Origin: Candidatus Latescibacterota bacterium
Lineage (GTDB): Bacteria > Latescibacterota > UBA2968 > UBA8231
Assembly (NCBI GenBank): GCA_965248265.1
Contig: CBDFJF010000002.1
Location: 2,528,001-2,592,000, forward strand
Reading direction: 5' to 3'
Length of the DNA stretch: 64,000 bases
In this document: piece by piece, positions 57,670-64,000 of the stretch
Numbering within the stretch: position 1 is the first letter of the stretch
How the letters are laid out: every line of letters begins with the position of its first letter
The notes under the pieces: generated by a model
Seen by the model: only the letters and a program-made list of their open reading frames with translations
What the model was told of the DNA's origin: nothing
The model's database searches: none
Program-made: the position numbers and the translations under genes

Positions 57670-60120
57670 ATGTCGAACCACTCTTTCGGCGGGCTTTGGC
57701 ACATCGTCTGCCGCGCGAATTCTGTTCCGGTTCTTGCCGCCGTGCTCTGCCTGGAAGTTGTGGGTGCTCCGGCCCAGACCCGGCTCGAGCTCACCGAGCA
57801 AGAGCGCTCCTGGATCCAGGCCAACCCCGAGATCAGCGTCGCCGCAACTCCGGACTGGCCGCCGTTCGAATTTGTCGACAACAGCGGTCAGTACAAGGGT
57901 GTGACGATCGATTTTCTGCGTTTGATTGCCGATCGAGTCGGACTGACGCTAAACCCCGTTATCGGTCCGTGGGACGAACTCCTGGCCAAGCTTCGCGCCG
58001 GTGAGCTCGATGTCTGCCCAGGACTCGTGGACATGGAGAATCGCCGCACGTTCATGGGTTTCACCCATCCGTTCATAGATCTGCCCCAGACGATTGTAGT
58101 ACGAAAGGACTGGGATGGTGGCTTCGAACTTGAGGATTTTGCCACCACGACTGTCGCGGTGGAACGTGCCTATTACACACAGGAATTCCTTGCGGACCGG
58201 TTCCCCGGTATGAAGCTTCACCTGGTCACTTCCGCGCGCGATGCCCTCTTCGCCGTTTCCAACGGCGTTGCCGATGCCTATGCGGGTACGCGTCCATCCG
58301 TCGATTACCTGATTCGCGAAAACCTTATCGCCAATCTGCGGATGCGAACCCTCGATCTGCCTGACCTGGGCCTGTCCATGGGGGTTCGCGATGAACTGAC
58401 CGTTCTTCGGGACATTCTCGAAAAAGGGCTCGCGGCGATGACGGAAGGTGATCGCCGCGCGATTCTTGAGCAATACCTGTCGCAACTCCCATTGCATCTC
58501 ACTCGGGCAGAGAAGGACTGGCTGGCTGAACACGGGGAGGACATCAGATTGGGCATCGATGCGGACTGGCCGCCCTTCGAATTCCGCGATGCGACGGGCT
58601 CCTACGTCGGACTGGGAGCCGACTATGTCCGGGCGATCAATGCGCGTCTCGGCATAGAGATGACACCGGTTTCCGAACTGAGTTGGTCTCAAATCATGGA
58701 CGGCGCTCGTCGAGGCGAGATCGACGTCGTGCCCTGTCTCGTGCAGACGCCTGAACGCTCCAAGTTTCTCGTCTTTACAGATCCGTACATAGACCTGCCC
58801 ATGGTCATTCTGACGCGCGACGACGTGCCGTTCGTCCATGGCGTTGAGGATGTCGCTGACGGGCGTGTCGTCGTCATTGAAGGGTACCTCGCACAGGAGC
58901 TTCTGACACGGGATTATCCCGAGCGCACGTTCCCAAGTGTCCAATCAACTGAGGCAGCACTGCTGTCCGTGTCGGAAGGACAGGCGGATGCCTTCGTGAC
59001 CGATCTGGCTTCGAGCCGGGTAGTGATTCAGCGACTGGGAATCGATAATCTCAAGGTGGCCGCCACCACACCCTACGAACGTCAACTGGGGCTCGGTGTC
59101 AGGAAGGATTGGCCTGAACTCGTCACCATCCTGAACAAGACTCTAATCGCGATGCCGTCCGAGGACCGAGCCGACATCCATCGTCAGTGGCTCAACCTTC
59201 AGTTCGAGCGCGAAGTAGACTGGGACTTTGTCTGGCAAGTCGTGTTCGGAATTAGCGCCGTGTCAGTGCTCGTTCTCGGTGTTATTCTGATCTGGAATCG
59301 CCGGCTTGCCGCTGAGATCGAAGTGCGGCGTCAAGCCGAGCTTGCTCTGCGGCATCGTGAAGAAGAGTTGCTGCACGCTAAAGAGGTTGCCGAGGCCGCC
59401 GATCGTTCCAAAAGTGCCTTTCTCGCCAACATGAGCCACGAGATCCGCACCCCGATGAACGCCATTTTGGGGTATTCGGATTTATTGAATCGCGCGGTGA
59501 CGGAGGAAAAGCATCAGGGGTTCGTCGAGGCGATCAGGTCGAATGGATCTTCGCTGATGGATCTGATGAACGACATTCTGGATCTCTCGAGAGCCGAAGC
59601 AGGCAAGCTGAATCTCGAGCCGAACTGGTTTGATCCGCGTGTGACACTCGGCGAGATCGAGCAGGTTCATTCAGCCAAGGCAGGGGAAAAGGGGCTCGGT
59701 TTCAACATGAATGCCACGGACACTCTGCCCGATGCCCTGTTCCTCGATGAGGCGCGTCTGCGGCAGGTTCTCACCAACCTGCTCGATAACGCAGTCAAAT
59801 TCACCGAGAAGGGCCAGGTCGATCTGGCGGTCAAATGTGACCCTGCCGGTACCGCCACGACCGCGAATCTGGTGATACAGGTCGTCGATAGCGGCATCGG
59901 AATCCCGGAAAACCAACAGTCCAGGATTTTCTACTCTTTCACGCAGAATGACTGGCAGTCCGTCAATGACTATGGTGGTACCGGGTTGGGATTAACCATC
60001 GTCAAAGGACTCGTTGAGATGATGAACGGTAACATTACTGTCACCAGCGAGGTTGGCGAAGGCAGCACATTTCGGGTCATCCTGCGTGATGTGCCGATTT
60101 CGGCCAAGAGTGATCGCTGA
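57670..60120 (+). CDS. Sensor histidine kinase with two periplasmic SBP_bac_3 domains (BvgS/EvgS-like), no receiver
   Basis: Two DWPPFEF repeats, [34 protein letters not shown]. Confidence 0.92.
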   Translation: MSNHSFGGLWHIVCRANSVPVLAAVLCLEVVGAPAQTRLELTEQERSWIQANPEISVAATPDWPPFEFVDNSGQYKGVTIDFLRLIADRVGLTLNPVIGPWDELLAKLRAGELDVCPGLVDMENRRTFMGFTHPFIDLPQTIVVRKDWDGGFELEDFATTTVAVERAYYTQEFLADRFPGMKLHLVTSARDALFAVSNGVADAYAGTRPSVDYLIRENLIANLRMRTLDLPDLGLSMGVRDELTVLRDILEKGLAAMTEGDRRAILEQYLSQLPLHLTRAEKDWLAEHGEDIRLGIDADWPPFEFRDATGSYVGLGADYVRAINARLGIEMTPVSELSWSQIMDGARRGEIDVVPCLVQTPERSKFLVFTDPYIDLPMVILTRDDVPFVHGVEDVADGRVVVIEGYLAQELLTRDYPERTFPSVQSTEAALLSVSEGQADAFVTDLASSRVVIQRLGIDNLKVAATTPYERQLGLGVRKDWPELVTILNKTLIAMPSEDRADIHRQWLNLQFEREVDWDFVWQVVFGISAVSVLVLGVILIWNRRLAAEIEVRRQAELALRHREEELLHAKEVAEAADRSKSAFLANMSHEIRTPMNAILGYSDLLNRAVTEEKHQGFVEAIRSNGSSLMDLMNDILDLSRAEAGKLNLEPNWFDPRVTLGEIEQVHSAKAGEKGLGFNMNATDTLPDALFLDEARLRQVLTNLLDNAVKFTEKGQVDLAVKCDPAGTATTANLVIQVVDSGIGIPENQQSRIFYSFTQNDWQSVNDYGGTGLGLTIVKGLVEMMNGNITVTSEVGEGSTFRVILRDVPISAKSDR

Positions 60121-60894
60121 CTACACGAGCGCACTCAGGATCAGGTGCTGAATCCAGTCCCTGCCGTCGTTGATGAGGGCGTGCCGGGTGTTGGGTGGGA
60201 TGTAGGCGGCGTCGCCGTCGCGCACATCGAGTGTCTTGTCTCCCAACAACAGCTTGCCGCTGCCTTCGGTGAAGTAATAGATCTGTTCCTTGTTGTCGTG
60301 TTCGTGCACCTCTTCCTGTTTGCCTCCCGGCATCATGTGCATGGTCAATCCGTGGAATCCTTCCAGCGGCGCTTCCTCGTAGGTCCGGTTAGGGAATTGG
60401 CCTTTCTCAGCCAGGATGGACCAACCGACCGCGCCATGGCTCATTCGCGGCAGGCTGTCACGCCAGTTGCGGATCACAGGGTCGACACATCCCCGGTCCG
60501 CCGAGTCTTCTAAACCGTCGCGAGCCCACATGGGGATGGCGCTGATGACGAGGTGGTCGATGAACTCGTCCGAGTCATTGACGATCGAGTGCACGCCCTG
60601 GGCCGGAAGATAGACGGCGTCTCCGTCTGAAACGTCGTGGAACTCATCCCCCAGCTGAACCTTGCCACGCCCCTTGATGATGTAGTAGACGTGCTCCTTG
60701 GCCTTGTGCGAGTGTGCCGGCTCTACCATTCCGGCCTGCAGCATCCGAAAGGTGAGTCCATGCAGGCCTACCAAGGGTGAGACCTCATACGGCTTACCCT
60801 CACCCCTCTCAGTCAGGATCTTCCAGCCAACGGCGCCATGACTGTTGGCCGGCTCTTGATCTCTCCAATTGCGAATGAATGGGGGGTGGTCCAT
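60121..60894 (-). CDS. Bicupin protein
   Basis: Two repeats: IRNWRD..SHGAVGW..HSH..EHVYY..GD..H and HEH..EQIYY..GD..H; ATG after GAGGTG (alternative start 60921). Confidence 0.85.
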   Translation of the reverse strand: MDHPPFIRNWRDQEPANSHGAVGWKILTERGEGKPYEVSPLVGLHGLTFRMLQAGMVEPAHSHKAKEHVYYIIKGRGKVQLGDEFHDVSDGDAVYLPAQGVHSIVNDSDEFIDHLVISAIPMWARDGLEDSADRGCVDPVIRNWRDSLPRMSHGAVGWSILAEKGQFPNRTYEEAPLEGFHGLTMHMMPGGKQEEVHEHDNKEQIYYFTEGSGKLLLGDKTLDVRDGDAAYIPPNTRHALINDGRDWIQHLILSALV

Positions 60895-61059
60895 CAGTTG
60901 CACCTCATGGTTAGGGGTCATCGTCGATTGCCGACTGAAAAGAGCCACGCAGCCGATTATTGTCAATGCGCCATTCGATGCAAGCTGGCGGCGCTGATTG
61001 ACTCTGGTTACAATGATCGAAAACGGGAACGAAAAACGAGCACCCGGAGATTCCAGCAC

Positions 61060-62217
61060 ATGTCGCAGGATCCCAAGTACCGCGTCGCCCTCATCGGCGG
61101 CGGCCGCGCCGGGCCGTCGCGCGCCGCGGCCTTCGATGCCCATCCTCTGTGCAAGGTGGTCGCTGTCGCTGACACGGATCCGGAGAACCTGACACTGACT
61201 GCGGGAAGGTTCGATGCCGCCGCCTACGCCACCTTCGACGACATGTTCGCCAACGAGCAGCTCGATATCGTGTTGCCGATCCTGCCGGTGCGGCCCAACG
61301 CCGATGCAGTCGTGGCCGCGGCCGAAGCCGGAGCCAAGGCCATCTTCTGCGAGAAACCGCTGACCGCCTCTCTCGCTGACGCCGACCGTATGGTCGAGGC
61401 CTGCGCCAGTCGCAACATTCCACTGGGGTGCGGGGTCATGGTTTCCTCTCATCCCGACTATCGCAAAGCTTATCGCCTGGCCGCAGACGGCACCATTGGC
61501 CAGGTCGGGCGCATCAACCTCTATGGCAACAACAATCAGGGCGGCTGCCATGGCATGAACCTGGTGCGCAAGTTCGCCGGCAAGGCGGCGATCGAGGAAG
61601 TCATCGGCCGTGTATCCGGTGATCCCCACAGCGACCACGAGGAACCCTACGATGACGCCAAGACGGGGTTCGGTGACGTCGGTGGCTACATCCGCTTCGC
61701 CAATGGCATCGAGGCCTTCCTCAGTCTCGGCGATTTCGGCGTACGCGGGATCGAGGTCATCGGTCCGCGCGGCATGATCGTCAACAGCGACAACACAGGG
61801 CTTGGATTGCAGCTGCGGCTGGCTCCGGAAGGTGGCGGCAGAACCTATCTGACGGAGATGGAGCCGGTGGACGTCGGCTTTGAGCCGCGACCAGTACCCG
61901 GTGCGGAGCGGGGCCGTGACGCGGCTGGATGGATGGATCCCGGGTTCCCCATGTTCAACATAGTCGACGACACCATGCGCGTCCTCGAGGAAGGGGGGGA
62001 ACTGGAGATCACGACGGGTGATGATCTGCGTCACGCCCTGGAGATGAGCATCGCGGTGCGGGAATCGGCACGGCGCGGGCATGCGCCGGTCACCCTTCCG
62101 TTGGAAGACCGGTCTCTGGCGATGTACCCGGAGCGCAGTCGATGGCACTACAAGAAACCGCTCTTGGGCGAGAAAGCCTACATGGATATGCTGGCCCAAC
62201 AAAAAGTAGAAACCTAA
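61060..62217 (+). CDS. Gfo/Idh/MocA family oxidoreductase
   Basis: RVALIGGGRAG, FCEKPL, ALEMSIAVRESARRG..LPLEDR. Confidence 0.9.
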   Translation: MSQDPKYRVALIGGGRAGPSRAAAFDAHPLCKVVAVADTDPENLTLTAGRFDAAAYATFDDMFANEQLDIVLPILPVRPNADAVVAAAEAGAKAIFCEKPLTASLADADRMVEACASRNIPLGCGVMVSSHPDYRKAYRLAADGTIGQVGRINLYGNNNQGGCHGMNLVRKFAGKAAIEEVIGRVSGDPHSDHEEPYDDAKTGFGDVGGYIRFANGIEAFLSLGDFGVRGIEVIGPRGMIVNSDNTGLGLQLRLAPEGGGRTYLTEMEPVDVGFEPRPVPGAERGRDAAGWMDPGFPMFNIVDDTMRVLEEGGELEITTGDDLRHALEMSIAVRESARRGHAPVTLPLEDRSLAMYPERSRWHYKKPLLGEKAYMDMLAQQKVET

Positions 62218-62235
62218 AAAAGGAGCCGTACCCCC

Positions 62236-64000
62236 GTGAGTGACATGAATCAGTTGCCGAACATCACCGCGACGCGAGTGGCGGCGCCACCGTCGTGGGC
62301 CTTGATGGAGAGAAACCTGATCGCGCAGATGGACGAAGCCGCGCCGTTGAGGTTCCGCCAGGCGGCGGAGCGCGGCGGGGCCATCCTCTACGCCGAAGAC
62401 TACGATGATCTCTGGGAGCAGTTCGCCAACTGGGGGCTCTACTACGGCCTCGGTGGCAGCGATGAGGTGCTGGAGATGGCGGCGACGATGTGGAACGCGA
62501 CGGCCCGCATCAGCGATGATCAGATTGTCCACCGAACCCGCTTCAACGATGGGAAAAAGACCTTTCGTCCGTCGGGACACCGGGAGTACTGGAATTACAC
62601 CCAGGCGATGGAGTGGCATCACCTGGGCGAGGGGCTGATGGCGTTCTACGACTTCGGCGTCGCCGACCCGACGATCTCGGAGATGGCCCGGCGCGCGCAG
62701 ACCTTTGCCGGCTTCTACACCGGCGAGGATCCCGAAGCGCCCAACTACGATCCTGAGCACAAGATCCTGCGATCTCCCTTCCAATCGAGTCAGGGACCAC
62801 GGCTGGAAGCGGAAGCGGAATACGCGCACGCCATGCTGCTGGCCGGGCGCTGGCTGGGAAGCGAGGTCAACTACTACGGAGTCCGGGCAAGCCTGTACCC
62901 CATCGTCGAGGATCTGGAATTGAACTGGTGGGAGGACCCTGCCCGGCGCGAGGAGATCGTCGCGCTGTTCAACAAGCTCATCATGCAGTCGGATACCCCG
63001 AACAATCTGGCTGCAACGGCATTGATAACGCACGCCTACCTGTACACAGGGGACGATAAATACAAACGCTGGGTCCTCGACTACACCGAAGCCTGGATGG
63101 AGCGTGCCAAGAAGAACGGCGGAATCATGCCTGACAACGTCGGACCCACTGGCAAGGTCGGCGAACACCGCAACGGCAATTTCTGGGGTGGCCAGTACGG
63201 CTGGAACCACTACCAGGGCTTCAGCATCATGTTCCACGGCCTCAGCATCGCAGCCGAATGTGCATTGCTACTGTCCGGTGATTTCGGCTATGTCGACGTG
63301 TTGCGCAGCCAGATCAAGGTGTTGATGGAGGCTTCCATCACCCGTGACGACGGTCAACTGATCATGCCGACGCGGTATGGTCCTTCGGGGTGGCAGTACG
63401 ATCCGCCACTGCCTCGGCGTGAGGACACCATCGTGCCGATGCGTCATGTCTATACCGGCCCCTTGCCCTGGCGTATGCAGGAGTTGGCACATCTCTACCA
63501 TGCATCGATGGCGCAGGAGGATTACGAGCTGATAGATCGCGTCCGCCAGGGAGAAGTTGAGCGCGATTGGAATGAGGTCGGGACGGTCGGCAGTGAAAAG
63601 AACGGCGGGCAGACCGAATTCGCCCGGTTCCAATATTATGACGGCAAGAATCCCGACTGGCCGGAGAAAATTCTGACGGCCGAGACCAACTGGTCACTGG
63701 AGGCACTGGAAGAGATTCGCCACGACCAGCGCACCGTGTTCGAGCGTCTGGAGGTGAACGCGTTTCCACCCAATCCCATCGTCACCAAGGGACTGACCCA
63801 ACTGACGACGGGAGCGCCCCAGTCGGTCTTCAACGGCGGTCTGCTGCGCTCGACGGTCAGGTACTTCGATTGTGATGAACAGCGGCCCGGCATGCCGCGC
63901 GACGTCGCCGCCCTCGTCGACCACCTGGCCGCCGATGCGGTGGGGGTCCAGCTGGTGAACTGCAACCGCTACGAATCTCGCCGTCTGATCGTCCAGGCCG
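62236..64000 (+). CDS. Uncharacterised protein (DDxxE / EWHHxGEG family), paralog 3; runs off the window
   Basis: Not in the ORF track. GTG after AGGAG; PPSWALMERNL, DDLWE, EWHHLGEG, GEDPEAPNYDP, MPDNVGPTGKVGE, QYYDGKNPDWP. Confidence 0.85.
   Translation, partial: MSDMNQLPNITATRVAAPPSWALMERNLIAQMDEAAPLRFRQAAERGGAILYAEDYDDLWEQFANWGLYYGLGGSDEVLEMAATMWNATARISDDQIVHRTRFNDGKKTFRPSGHREYWNYTQAMEWHHLGEGLMAFYDFGVADPTISEMARRAQTFAGFYTGEDPEAPNYDPEHKILRSPFQSSQGPRLEAEAEYAHAMLLAGRWLGSEVNYYGVRASLYPIVEDLELNWWEDPARREEIVALFNKLIMQSDTPNNLAATALITHAYLYTGDDKYKRWVLDYTEAWMERAKKNGGIMPDNVGPTGKVGEHRNGNFWGGQYGWNHYQGFSIMFHGLSIAAECALLLSGDFGYVDVLRSQIKVLMEASITRDDGQLIMPTRYGPSGWQYDPPLPRREDTIVPMRHVYTGPLPWRMQELAHLYHASMAQEDYELIDRVRQGEVERDWNEVGTVGSEKNGGQTEFARFQYYDGKNPDWPEKILTAETNWSLEALEEIRHDQRTVFERLEVNAFPPNPIVTKGLTQLTTGAPQSVFNGGLLRSTVRYFDCDEQRPGMPRDVAALVDHLAADAVGVQLVNCNRYESRRLIVQA

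Noticed and set aside
60895-63237. 1038-aa ORF on the minus strand (apparent giant cupin fusion)
   Set aside because: The first ~780 aa are the antisense shadow of two real plus-strand genes; only 60121..60894 is coding.

Overview
GC-rich bacterial chromosomal window. The SusC/SusD pair, many PhyH, Gfo/Idh/MocA, sulfatase and glycosidase-like paralogs, and a probable selenoprotein suggest an FCB-group lineage such as Latescibacterota or Gemmatimonadota; this is inference only. I see no rRNA, tRNA, CRISPR array, transposase or integrase. Most of the window is catabolic genes interspersed with orphan sensor kinases. The main observations are: (1) a 27-39 kb signalling cluster in which a translationally coupled operon (sigma54 NtrC-type activator, cytoplasmic histidine kinase, REC-double zinc ribbon, zinc ribbon-TPR, zinc ribbon-FHA) precedes a complete sigma54 promoter (tandem palindromes, a perfect IHF consensus, -24/-12). 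That promoter faces a poly-Asp ZU5-like lipoprotein with an HFS autoproteolysis-type motif, two STAND-ATPase/TPR proteins (one fused to a Ser/Thr kinase) and a PP2C phosphatase. (2) A selenoprotein missed by the ORF track (WASW-UGA-RC with a downstream SECIS-like hairpin). (3) Three copies of a two-gene module pairing a Gfo/Idh/MocA oxidoreductase with an uncharacterised protein of about 660 aa. (4) Two repeats (A and B) sharing an ACGGAT core that bracket the 21.6-39 kb block in permuted order. (5) A histidine kinase with an extracellular beta-helix sensor. (6) Several frameshifted or remnant genes. All product calls come from motif recognition; no database searches were run.
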